Source: Eledone cirrhosa (taxonomy: Eukaryota). Taken from it: a stretch of DNA of 64,000 nucleotides. A program made the position numbers and the translations under genes. Below, one piece after another: positions 1 to 11,654 of this stretch (position 1 is the first letter of the stretch; the number at the start of each line of letters is the position of its first letter). Below the pieces are notes generated by a model. It had not been told where the DNA came from. It ran no database searches and saw only the letters and a program-made list of their open reading frames with translations. The stretch is taken from positions 42,842,001-42,906,000 of the forward strand of contig OZ024748.1 in NCBI GenBank assembly GCA_964016885.1, given 5' to 3'.

Positions 1-111
1 AGATAGGTAGATAGATACAGAGAAACAAGGACCAAGAGAAAAGTGAAGAGAAAGAAGAATCTGCTCCATGTTGGAGGTGATGGAGGAAGAGGAAGGTTAA
101 AAGATATTTAC

Positions 112-277
112 TTTCAATCAAAATGTTGACTGTATTCTCTAGCCGGCTTGATATAGTAATACATTTGCTTCTTAAACTACCAGAATGTGATATGACAACA
201 CCACTAGGTTTCGACTCAATATGACTTTCAGGATCAATTCTGGTTTCAGAAGTTATAAATTTTGATGCGTGTCTCAA
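112..277 (-). CDS. Coding exon 2 of the same gene (LRHASKFITSETRIDPESHIESKPSGVVISHSGSLRSKCITISSRLENTVNILIE), METTL17-like
   Basis: Acceptor ttctggttttgttacag|TTG, a 166-nt open frame continuing exon 1, and donor GAAA|gtaaat. HSGSLRSKCITISSRLENTVNILI aligns ungapped with my recollection of human METTL17 HPGILKLPHVRLPQALANGAQLLL; the identity call is tentative. Confidence 0.65.
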
Positions 278-585
278 CTGTAACAAAACCAGAAGTATAT
301 TATTACATTAATGTTCAGATTAATGTACAAATAACAGGATTAAATGTATGAGTGTGACGTACATTTATATTTATGATATATAATATTTATTAAATCTACT
401 CATAAATTAATTGGCTGTTTTTATCATAACTTTATTTATTAACCAATCTAAGTTTGCTGGGTTGCCTTAAAAACCATTAGAGAGGTTGCCCGGTACTCCT
501 CACGGCGTTGCTGTCCTTTGCTCTGCTGTTGGCTTGGTTGTGCACCCTTTCCTTTATATTTTCTTTAATATATATATATATATAT

Positions 586-947
586 AAGAATTAAAATACT
601 AGAGCGTGTTGGAGTTAAACACCCTCTTCGTATTATAGAAATGACAGTAAAGGTATAGCTCAATGTAATTAAACAGAGCCGAAGAATTATGAAAATAAAC
701 CAAAGAAGCCTTCAATACATCAAAAGTCTTTATTAGCCAACAATGTTTCGTCGTATTAAGGACTCATCAGGGCAAGTAAAGCTATAAGAAGCACTATCGG
801 CCAATACAAGCCAAAAACTCAGAAGTATATGGCCGATAGTGCTTCTTATAGCTTCACTTGCCCTGATGAGTCCTTAATAGGACGAAACATTGATGGCTAA
901 TAAAGACTTTTGATGTATTGAAGGCTTCTTTGGTTTATTTTCATAAT
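586..947 (-). mobile_element. Penelope-like (PLE) terminal remnant with a 118-bp fold-back carrying HHR motifs
   Basis: Inverted arms 686-803 and 830-947. HHR cores at 736-773 (-) and 860-897 (+): gcc-CTGATGA-gtcc..ggac-GAAAC-att-GTT/GAT-ggc. Sits in (TA)n. Confidence 0.7.
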
Positions 948-971
948 ATATATATATATATGTATATATAT

Positions 972-1164
972 TACGGAGGAAATGTGGTAAGGAACCAGGT
1001 GGACCATAACGCACCAAAGTACTCAATACTTAGGGTAGTAGAGTAGGTAATAGGAACGAGTAGGACCCCGACGGCTGAGCTCAAGCCGTTTCGACGGCTA
1101 ACTCTGAACTAAATCCAGAATTAGCCGTCGAAACGGCTTGAGCTCAGCCGTCGGGGTCCTACTC

Positions 1165-1168
<4 letters not shown>
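972..1168 (-). mobile_element. PLE-like remnant with a 47-bp perfect palindrome carrying the 3' half of an HHR
   Basis: Arms 1055-1101 and 1121-1167. GAAACGGCT..AGCCGTC forms stem III plus a GUC site. Shares the gtactcaatac motif with other remnants. Flanked by (TA)n. Confidence 0.6.
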
Positions 1169-1222
<54 letters not shown>

Positions 1223-2174
1223 AAAGTAAAGAATCATATATGATAGTATATATATACCACATATTTTCTGTCTAAATTTATTTATAGCTTTTAATAGCTA
1301 ACATCTAAGTTTCGAGAGTTTATACCCGATTGCTCGAAATAGCAGCCAAATTCCCTGAAACAACACCCTAATATCTTAGAAAAAAAACAAGAAGGGCACG
1401 CAGGACAATGTAATAATAGATATACACAGACATGATAGTCACGGTTGAAACACCTTAGACCATACGTTTGCTCGGTCAGAACTGATCTGGGGCTAAATAA
1501 AAATAGTTTGTATATCGCAAAATATTGCCAAAACACAAATTTCAAAAGTTTTTTTGGAACGAAGCAAGTTTCAATTATCAGAAATCTGGTATACACCGAT
1601 CGCTTAAAGATCTTTCTTTTAATATAAAGGAATGGTTTCTAATTTTGGCACAAGGCCAGCACGTTTGGGGAGAATCAACCTTAGTACTTGACTGGTACTT
1701 TATTTTATCGACCCCCAACGAAACCGGTTCTCTAATTAAATGTTTGTAAAGTTATCAAAATAGACGGAAAATTAGCAGAGTCGTTAAAACATCAGATATA
1801 ATGCTTTGTGGTATTCCGGCTTTCTGTTCTCTGAGTTCAAATCCCGTCGAGGTCAACTTTCCCTTTCATTCTTTCGAGATCGAGAAAAAAAAGCACCAGT
1901 CAAGTACTCGGATCGATTCTTCCTCTATACCACTTTCTCACACTCGCTGGAAGAAATCTGTTCTATTCAGACCCGGAGAGATGGGTTTCGCCAGACTGGA
2001 AACCCTAGAAATGCCGTATTTCAATACGGTGACCCTGCGACAACCCCACGAGTTACGGGACAATACCTTACTAAAGAAATCAACAAGTTTAAACCATATA
2101 ACACTCAAATATGGAAATAACACCAACATTAATATTTCAAAATAGAAGAAAAAAAAGCCGAAATAATAACTTAC

Positions 2175-2279
2175 CTGCAAATGTAAATATCTGAAATGGG
2201 CAAAGCGATGGTAAGATAAATATTTTAATAAATTCCCTTTGGAGATATACGTCGCACATGTAGATGAGGTAGCCGCCAT
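2175..2279 (-). CDS. Coding exon 1 of a mitochondrial-targeted protein, probably METTL17/RSM22-like (transit peptide MAATSSTCATYISKGNLLKYLSYHRFAHFRYLHLQ)
   Basis: Start context AAGATGGCGGC, 35 codons with no acidic residues, and a perfect phase-0 donor CAG|GTAAGT at 2175/2174. It splices in frame to 277-112. Confidence 0.75.
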
Positions 2280-2284
2280 CTTAG
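2269..2284 (-). promoter_or_regulatory. YY1-type AAGATGGCGGC motif overlapping the start codon
   Basis: The + strand reads gccgccatctt, a motif typical of housekeeping and mitochondrial gene starts in animals. Confidence 0.5.
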
Positions 2285-2804
2285 GAAATATGGTTTATTT
2301 ACATCGAAGTTTCCTGCCTTTTTACTGTATTTTCACTTCAAATCTCGCCAAGGTCGACAGTAATCTTCATTCCTGCGGTGTTGATGGAATATGTAACATT
2401 AACAGTAACAACCTCATGTCGAGTTCCCTCATAAATATAAACCGCCAGTTTTATTAAAGACATCCGTAGTATCTTTTAATTGTTTCCAAATTATTTCAAT
2501 ACCACACAAGTTTACATAGGTTTAAAGCTTAGTTGTTGTTTTTTAAATATAATATATGTTTTATCAGATTTTACTGGCTGAGATAGTTTATGTGGTTTCT
2601 ATTAATTATTATTTACCCACACAAATATTTGCTATGTATAATCTTACGTAAATTATAATATGGAGGTAGTTGTCTCCCTTTAGCAGCTTCCCATATCAGT
2701 CGCCTGAAAAATTTGTGACTCTATATAAATTATAACATACACTCACACTAGCATATATATGTGTGTACTTTTCTACATTCGATATATAATATATATAAAG
2801 TTTA

Positions 2805-2992
2805 TCCCGGCTTCAATCGGGGATAACCACAGTAAGTAAGGTACACAATACAAAGCAGAGTATAAATATTTAATATAGAAAAGCTTCTACAGGACTAGAA
2901 CTGTTTCATTCGGGAGAAATCATCAGGAAGCCCGATGATTTCTCCCGAATGAAACAGTTCTAGTCCTGTAGAAGCTTTTCTATATTAAATAT
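2805..2992 (-). mobile_element. PLE-like remnant with fold-back (2866-2992); related truncated copies at 3017-3135 and 18030-18146
   Basis: Shared tail cggg.tcaatcggggtaacc.cagtaagtaaggta and ctacaggactagaac.gtttcattc. Inverted arms surround 2924-2933. Confidence 0.65.
2883..2931 (-). ncRNA. Type I hammerhead ribozyme with full stem III
   Basis: GCUUC-CUGAUGA-UUUC(UCCC)GAAU-GAA-ACAG(UUCUAGUC)CUGU-A-GAAGC. Stems I and III are perfect; U-U mismatch at the base of stem II. Confidence 0.75.
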
Positions 2993-3302
2993 ATATATGT
3001 ATATATACATTTGTGTATCGGGTTCAATCAGGGGTAACCACAATAAGTAAGGTACTCAATAAATAGCAGAGTATACATTTTAAATATAGAAATGGGTTCT
3101 ACAGAACTAGACCTGTTTCATTTCAAAGGAAAGTCAACTGTCAGTGTAATATGATGGCATTTATACATTTACTGGACCGGTACCTTTTTTTATTGATCTT
3201 GAAAGGAGGTACCGGTCCAGTAAATGTATAAGAGCTGGAATTAATACCCCAAACCCTGTCACTTTAACAACTCTGCTTAATCGCTGCCCTCCGTCACAAG
3301 TT

Positions 3303-5292
3303 GACTATTAATAAACTAGCTTTTCCTAACCCCTGTTACTATTAATAAACTAGCTTTTCCTACCCCCTGTTACTATTAATAAACTAGCTTTTCCTACCCC
3401 CTTGTTACTATTAATAAACTAGCTTTTCCTACCCCCTGTTACTATTAAACTAGCTTTTCCTACCCCCTGTTACTATTAATAAACTAGCTTTTCCTAACCC
3501 CTGTTACTATTAATAAACTAGCTTTTCCTACCCCCCTGTTACTATTAATAAACTAGCTTTTCCTACCCCCCTGTTACTATTAATAAACTAGCTTTTCCTA
3601 CCCCCTGTTACTATTAATAAACTAGCTTTTCCTACCCCCCTGTTACTATTAATAAACTAGCTTTTCCTACCCCCCTGTTACTATTAATAAACTAGCTTTT
3701 CCTACCCCCTGTTACTATTAATAAACTAGCTTTTCCTACCCCCCTGTTACTATTAATAAACTAGCTTTTCCTACCCCCCTGTTACTGTTAATAAACTAGC
3801 TTTTCCTACCCCCTGTTACTATTAATAAACTAGCTTTTCCTACCCCCCTGTTACTGTTAATAAACTAGCTTTTCCTACCCCCTGTTACTATTAATAAACT
3901 AGCTTTTCCTACCCCCTGTTACTATTAATAAACTAGCTTTTCCTATCCCCTGTTACTATTAATAAACTAGCTTTTCCTACCCCCCTGTTACTATTAATAA
4001 ACTAGCTTTTCCTACCCCCCTGTTACTATTAATAAACTAGCTTTTCCTACCCCCTGTTACTATTAAACTAGCTTTTCCTAACCCCTGTTACTATTAATAA
4101 ACTAGCTTTTCCTACCCCCTGTTACTATTAATAAACTAGCTTTTCCTACCCCCCTGTTACTATTAATAAACTAGCTTTTCCTACCCCCTGTTACTATTAA
4201 ACTAGCTTTTCCTAACCCCTGTTACTATTAATAAACTAGCTTTTCCTACCCCCCTGTTACTATTAATAAACTAGCTTTTCCTACCCCCCTGTTACTATTA
4301 ATAAACTAGCTTTTCCTACCCCCTGTTACTATTAATAAACTAGCTTTTCCTACCCCCCTGTTACTATTAATAAACTAGCTTTTCCTACCCCCTGTTACTA
4401 TTAAACTAGCTTTTCCTACCCCCTGTTACTATTAATAAACTAGCTTTTCCTAACCCCTGTTACTATTAATAAACTAGCTTTTCCTACCCCCCTGTTACTA
4501 TTAATAAACTAGCTTTTCCTACCCCCCTGTTACTATTAATAAACTAGCTTTTCCTACCCCCTGTTACTATTAATAAACTAGCTTTTCCTACCCCCCTGTT
4601 ACTATTAATAAACTAGCTTTTCCTACCCCCCTGTTACTATTAATAAACTAGCTTTTCCTACCCCCTGTTACTATTAATAAACTAGCTTTTCCTACCCCCC
4701 TGTTACTATTAATAAACTAGCTTTTCCTACCCCCCTGTTACTGTTAATAAACTAGCTTTTCCTACCCCCTGTTACTATTAATAAACTAGCTTTTCCTACC
4801 CCCCTGTTACTGTTAATAAACTAGCTTTTCCTACCCCCTGTTACTATTAATAAACTAGCTTTTCCTACCCCCTGTTACTATTAATAAACTAGCTTTTCCT
4901 ACCCCCTGTTACTATTAATAAACTAGCTTTTCCTACCCCCCTGTTACTATTAATAAACTAGCTTTTCCTACCCCCCTGTTACTATTAATAAACTAGCTTT
5001 TCCTACCCCCCCCCCTGTTACTATTAATAAACTAGCTTTTCCTACCCCCTGTTACTATTAATAAACTAGCTTTTCCTACCCCCTGTTACTATTAATAAAC
5101 TAGCTTTTCCTACCCCCCTGTTACTATTAATAAACTAGCTTTTCCTACCCCCCCCCCTGTTACTATTAATAAACTAGCTTTTCCTACCCCCTGTTACTAT
5201 TAATAAACTAGCTTTTCCTACCCCCTGTTACTATTAATAAACTAGCTTTTCCTACCCCCTATTACACTATTGATAAACTAGATTTTCTTACT
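3303..5292. repeat. 34-35 bp minisatellite (actattaataaactagcttttcctaccccc(c)tgtt), ~57 copies
   Basis: Direct tandem repeat with a variable C-run. Confidence 0.97.
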
Positions 5293-5704
5293 AAATTGTA
5301 CAAATAGCTAAGTGAAAAGACAGCAAAGTGCCCTCAGTCAAAATGTACTGAATTACTTGGAAGTATTTGACCACTGGTCCAGTATAAAACTAGCCAGACA
5401 TGTTTGTTCCATAAATTCAACATTATTCTATTTATATCGCTAATTAGTAACACTGTAGTCTCAGCATTAAAACAAAACAGAAACACACAAAAAGTTGTTT
5501 TGTACATTTTATGTATTTTTTCCACGTAAGGATGGATAAGATGTTTTATGATTGGTGTTGTTGTTGTTGTTAACCAATTAGCTGTGAAGTAGGAGTGGAC
5601 CTTGTCAGACAATCTGAGTTAAAGTTACATTTTGTTCAAGAGTGCAGCAGAATTGTCAGAGTATGACACATAGCTATATGGTCATATGTTACAACATTTT
5701 TGGT

Positions 5705-5985
5705 CTTGAAGGGTCAGTAAAGGTCATGGCTACTGCCACGTCCTTGGTCAAGGACACTGCTTCTTCCTTGGACTATAAAGGTCATTGTCACTGTCCTTTC
5801 CTTGGTCAGTAAAGGTCACAGACACTGTCCCTTCCTTGATCTTTAAAGGTCCTAAACATTGCCCTTCCTTGGGTCTTTAAAGGTCACAGATACTGCGCTT
5901 CCTTGGTCTTTAAAAGTCAAGGGTACTGCCTCTTCCTTGGTCAGTAAAGGTAATACACTGCCCCTTCGTTGGTGTAAAGGTCATA
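5705..5985. repeat. Degenerate ~31-33 bp tandem repeat (taaaggtca..actg.c.cttccttggtc)
   Basis: About 8-9 diverged copies. Confidence 0.75.
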
Positions 5986-6144
5986 TTTGTGTCAAGGTGG
6001 TGGTGGAGGCTAAATTTGACATATAGATCTTGACATTTATTATTGTATTTTATATAAGAGGTCAAATCCTGGAAGATGAGAGCTTAGATAGGGTAAATCA
6101 TGAAACAAATTTGAATTTGTTAACTTATGTAACTAAGACACTTC

Positions 6145-6412
6145 TTCACTCACTTATTTCTGGGAGGGTCGTGGGAGCAGAGTCCTCAAACACTCCATCC
6201 AGCAGTTCCTGTCAGACGCGACTGTCTCCAATTGATCCAGTTCGATCCCTAAAACGAAACCAGCCAAGCTCTTGGATGTTATTCAACCATCTTCCTAGTG
6301 GAGGCAGGGTCCTCAAAACACTCCTTCCAGCAGTTCCTGTCAGACGCGACTGTCTCCAATTGATCTGGCTTGATCCCTAAAACGAAACCAGCCAAGCTCT
6401 TGGATGTTATCT
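6145..6412 (-). mobile_element. 3' end of a Rex3/Expander-like RTE LINE with an internal duplication; another copy at 63830-64000
   Basis: The minus strand encodes GIELDQLETVASDRNCWMECLRTLLPRPSQK*, resembling Rex3-type C-termini (..LLPPRP). About 100 bp is duplicated (6190-6290 and 6310-6410). Confidence 0.65.
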
Positions 6413-6637
6413 AATCATATATAAGCACCAGCCTGTTGAGGCTCTGGACTCAGATTGAACAGGGATTTCGAGACTAGAAATGGGAAGTAACTTGACCACT
6501 ACCATGCTAGTCGATACATCGATCACCACCAATCATTTGACCCTCTGAAATGATCGTAAAAGCAATGAACTAACTATCTACCTACGCTTGACTTATTTTT
6601 TTATTGTTCTATGCACAAACACATATATATAAAAGTG

Positions 6638-6686
<49 letters not shown>

Positions 6687-6733
6687 GTGTATATATATAT
6701 GTGTATATATATATATTTATATATATATATATT

Positions 6734-6764
<31 letters not shown>

Positions 6765-6767
6765 ATT

Positions 6768-6878
<111 letters not shown>

Positions 6879-6883
6879 GTATG

Positions 6884-6948
<65 letters not shown>

Positions 6949-7000
6949 GTATGTATATATATATGTATATATATATATATGTATATATATATATGTATAC

Positions 7001-7490
7001 TAGGGAGAGGATCAGGGGTGTATAATACTCCACTTATCCAACAGGCAGTATAAGGTTAGCTCGATGTCTGAGGACAGAGCCGTGATATAATCAATAACAA
7101 AGAACGCCTATAGCATATGCATATCTTTACTTGCTAACATTGTTTCATCCGCACTATAAGTGGGACTCATCAGAGCATAAAGGTTAATTACATACCACAC
7201 AAGCAATAACAAATCCAAGACATTGAAGAAATAAACAATGAAAAATAATATTTTTCATTGTTTATTTTTCAATGTTTATTTTTATTTTTATTTTTATTTT
7301 TACTTCCTCAATATCTTTTATCTTTTATTATTTTTCATTCTTTATTTCTTCAATGTCTTGGATTTGTTATTGCTTGTGTGGTATGTAATTAACCTTTATG
7401 CTCTGATGAGTCCCACTTATAGTGCGGATGAAACAATGTTAGCAAGTAAAGATATGCATATGCTATAGGCGTTCTTTGTTATTGATTATA
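7001..7490 (-). mobile_element. PLE-like remnant with a ~150-bp perfect fold-back and two HHR motifs (7132-7177 -, 7399-7444 +)
   Basis: tgct-CTGATGA-gtcccac(ttata)gtgcggat-GAAAC-aat-GTT-agca. Arms 7086-7236 and 7341-7490. The tail 7001-7085 is homologous to the reverse complement of 10715-10799. Confidence 0.72.
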
Positions 7491-7538
7491 TATATATATG
7501 TATGTATATATATATATGTGTGTATATATATATATGTG

Positions 7539-7571
<33 letters not shown>

Positions 7572-7602
7572 GTGTATATATATATATGTGTATATATATG
7601 TG

Positions 7603-7635
<33 letters not shown>

Positions 7636-7748
7636 GTATAAATATATGTATATATATATGTATAAATATATGTATATATATATATGTATAAATATATATA
7701 TATATATATGCATATATATATATGCATAAATATATATATATATATATA

Positions 7749-7805
<57 letters not shown>

Positions 7806-7830
7806 ATATTTATATATATATATATATATA

Positions 7831-8167
7831 TCATCATTTCATCATCATTTCATTTTACGTCCGCTTTTTCCCTGCTTGCAAGGGTGGGACGGGAACTGAT
7901 TTTGGCTTGATTTCTACAGCTGGATGCCCTTCCTAACACCAACCTCATTTACAGTGAGGGCTGGATGCTTTTTTGCCGTGGCACCTGCACGACCAGTTTG
8001 CAGTGGAATGATAGTCCCTATCATTTCATTTCTACAGCTGAGTAAACTGGAGCAATGTGAAATAAAGTGTCTTGCTCAAGGAAACAACACATCACCCGGT
8101 CTGAGAATTGAACTCACAACCTTTCGATTGCAAGGCCAATGCTCTAACCACTAAGCCATGTGCCTCC

Positions 8168-8168
<1 letters not shown>
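7831..8168 (-). mobile_element. tRNA-derived CORE-SINE with an RTE 3' tail
   Basis: A box TGGCTTAGTGG, B box GAGTTCAATTC, CORE-like ccttgagcaagacactt..cagtttactcagctgtagaaatg, a tail matching the 3'UTR of the LINE at 59-60.8 kb, and (gat)n. Confidence 0.85.
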
Positions 8169-8220
<52 letters not shown>

Positions 8221-8825
8221 ATATAAATATGTATATATAAATATATGTATATGTATATATGTATATGTATATATATATATATTTATGTGTATATATATTT
8301 GCGTATATATATATGCATATATATATATGCATATATATATATATGTATATATATATGTGTATATATATATATATGTATATCTATATATGTATATATATGT
8401 GTATATATAAGATCAAAAGATGGTTAAAAGAGTTCCATGTATTTTATTATGCGCATTTCAAAAACAAATATCATCATGAGATGACATTTGCGTTTTCGTC
8501 AGATAAAATAGGGATACATGATATGAAGGTTAAAAAACACTTGTGAATAGTGGAGTTTTAAATCAACATATCTGTATATATATATATGTGTATATATATA
8601 TGTATATATATATATATATATATGTGTATATATATGTATATGTATGTGTATATATATATGTATATATATGTGTATATATATATATATGTATATATGTACG
8701 TATGTGTGTATATATATATGTATATATGTGTATATGTATGTGTGTATATATATGTGTGTGTATATATATATATGTGTATATATATATATGTATATATATG
8801 TGTGTATATATGTATATATATGTGC

Positions 8826-8872
<47 letters not shown>

Positions 8873-8948
8873 TATATATATATATATATGTGTATATATA
8901 TTTATATATATGTATATATATATTTATATATATGTATATATATATTTA

Positions 8949-9477
8949 TACAATTAACAACAAAGAGCGCTTAGAACATATGTATGTCTTTAATTGCTAA
9001 CAGTGTTTCGTCCACACTAGAAGTGGGACTCTTCAGAGCATAAAGAGTCCTGCTTGTGATATGGATACACCTTGTTGACCCGTTAATTCTTGCCTGAGTG
9101 CTCAACTCTGTGAATGCACGTATGTGTATTGAACTTTGTAGTGTAAACTTTTTCGGATTGCCTAACCGCTCAACTCTTCCAACCTGGGATGTTTCCATTG
9201 CATTGTAATGGTCAACTCAATCTATTGCGGACATAGCATCTGTTCACGGAAAATCTCATTTGAACACTCTATTGTTGAACTGTGGCTAACTGCAACACCT
9301 AAGGCGTTCGTGTCCTGATATATTCCATATATCACCATGAGTCAACACTAGTGTCACCTTAGGATTTCTATAATAATATTATTTTACATGCCCTAATAAT
9401 TACCATCTTGATTACATCTTTTTACCCCCAGTTACATCTTTATAAATATACATTACTTGGACTGATATATGTATATA

Positions 9478-9520
<43 letters not shown>

Positions 9521-10799
9521 TTATATATGCGTCTCTTTTATATATATTTTTTATATATATTTTTGTATATATATATCTTTGTGTATTTTATGTGTTGTAC
9601 GTTTATCCTTTGTTGAACATAGCTTGATAGCTTATGCATTTGCCTGTCTTATCTTTACCCACACCTTCCTTTATGGTGTATATTTTACTCCATTCTCTTT
9701 GGTGTATTGTTGTTCTTTTATTTTTATCTATCTTCTGGTGTATATTTTAATTTACCTTTTATTATATTATTTTATTTTATTTTACTTTACTTTATTTTAT
9801 TTTATTTTATTTTATTTTATTTTATTTTATTTTATTTTATCATATTTTTTATTTTTTATTATTTATTATTTATTATTTTTTACTTTTTTATTATTTTTTT
9901 ACTATTTATCTTTCATCGATTTTTTAGCTATTTTTATCTATTTCTTATCTTTTTTAATCTATTTTTTAATCTATTTTTTATCTATTTCTTATCTAATTTT
10001 TATTTATATTTTTTATCTATTTCTTATCTATTTTTATCTACATCTTATCTATTTTCTATTTTTTATCTATCTCTACCTCTTAACTTGTGCCCATCCGTAT
10101 ATGATATGTTATTTGTATTAGTGTATACTGTATGTGTTGCATACGGGTGCTTGTGTGTAGGTGCATGCGGGTGCTCATGCGTATGCATATAATTGTATGT
10201 AGCTGTATGTTAACGTAACCCTGCCCAACTGTGAGTGATAACATCTTATTTTTTATTATTTATTTATTTTTTATTTTTTATTTTTTATTATCTATTATTT
10301 ATTATTTTTTATTTTTTATTTTTTATTTATTATTTTTCATTTTTCATTTTTCATTCTTATTTTTATTTTTATTATTAATAGTATTATTATTTTTATTATT
10401 ATTTTTATTCTTAATCTTATTCTTTTTTTATTCTTAATCTTTTTTTTTATTCTTAATCTTATTCTGATTTTTATGTTTATTTTATTTTACTCCTCTTATT
10501 TTACTCCTCTTATTTTGCTCCTTTTACTTTACTCCTTAAACTCCTCCCAACTTATGGTATCCCCACATATATTCTTCTGTTTTGGCTTTGTCAATGCTTG
10601 TATACTTTGTATTTACTCTTTATGCTCTGAAGAGTCCCACTTCTAGTGTGGACAAAACACTGTTAGCAATTAAAGACATACATATGTTCTAAGCGCTCTT
10701 TGTTGTTAATTGTATTACGGCTCTGTCCTCTGACATTGAGCTAACCATATACTGCCTATTTGATAAGTGGAGTGTTACACACTCCCAATTCTCTCCCTT
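8949..10799. mobile_element. Penelope-like element remnant with inverted pLTR-like arms (8949-9048 and 10615-10714), HHRs, and a possible decayed GIY-YIG C-terminus
   Basis: HHR 8995-9040 (-) has an intact CTGAAGA...GAAAC; 10623-10668 (+) has GAAAC>AAAAC. The minus strand at ~9115-9160 reads RQSEKVYTTKFNTHT, resembling the end of a PLE endonuclease. T-rich low-complexity interior. Confidence 0.65.
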
Positions 10800-11244
10800 A
10801 TATATATATATTTATATATATGTATATATATGTGTATATATATATATTTATATAAATGTATATATATATTTATATATATGTATATATAAATGTGTATATA
10901 TATATATTTATATAAATGTATATATATGGGAGTATATATATATATATATACAGTATATATATATATATTTATATAAATGTATATATATGTGAGTATATAT
11001 ATATGTGTGTGTATATATATATATATATGTGTGTATATATATATATATATATGTGTGTATATATATATATGTGTGTGTGTATATATATATATATATGTGT
11101 GTGTATATATATATATATGTCTATATATATATGTATATATATATATATGTGTATATATATATGTATATATATATATATAATGTATGTATATATGTATATA
11201 TACATATATATATATGTGTATATATATATGTGTATATATATATG

Positions 11245-11313
<69 letters not shown>

Positions 11314-11420
11314 GTATATATATATATGTATATATATATGTATATATATATGTATATATATATGTATATATATATGTATATATATATGTATATATATATA
11401 TATATTTATATATGTATATA

Positions 11421-11451
<31 letters not shown>

Positions 11452-11480
11452 ATGTATATATATATGTATATATATATATG

Positions 11481-11571
<91 letters not shown>

Positions 11572-11616
11572 GTATATATATATATGTATATATATATATG
11601 TATATATATATATGTA

Positions 11617-11652
<36 letters not shown>

Positions 11653-11654
<2 letters not shown>

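Noticed and set aside
1938-2174. Continuation of the 113-aa ORF past LHLQ, and overlapping + strand ORFs at 1801-2145
   Set aside because: They are read-through past a perfect splice donor into intron and SINE sequence.
8095-8168. tRNA gene
   Set aside because: A and B boxes are present, but the sequence continues into CORE and LINE tail; it is a SINE head, as are the Meta-like heads.
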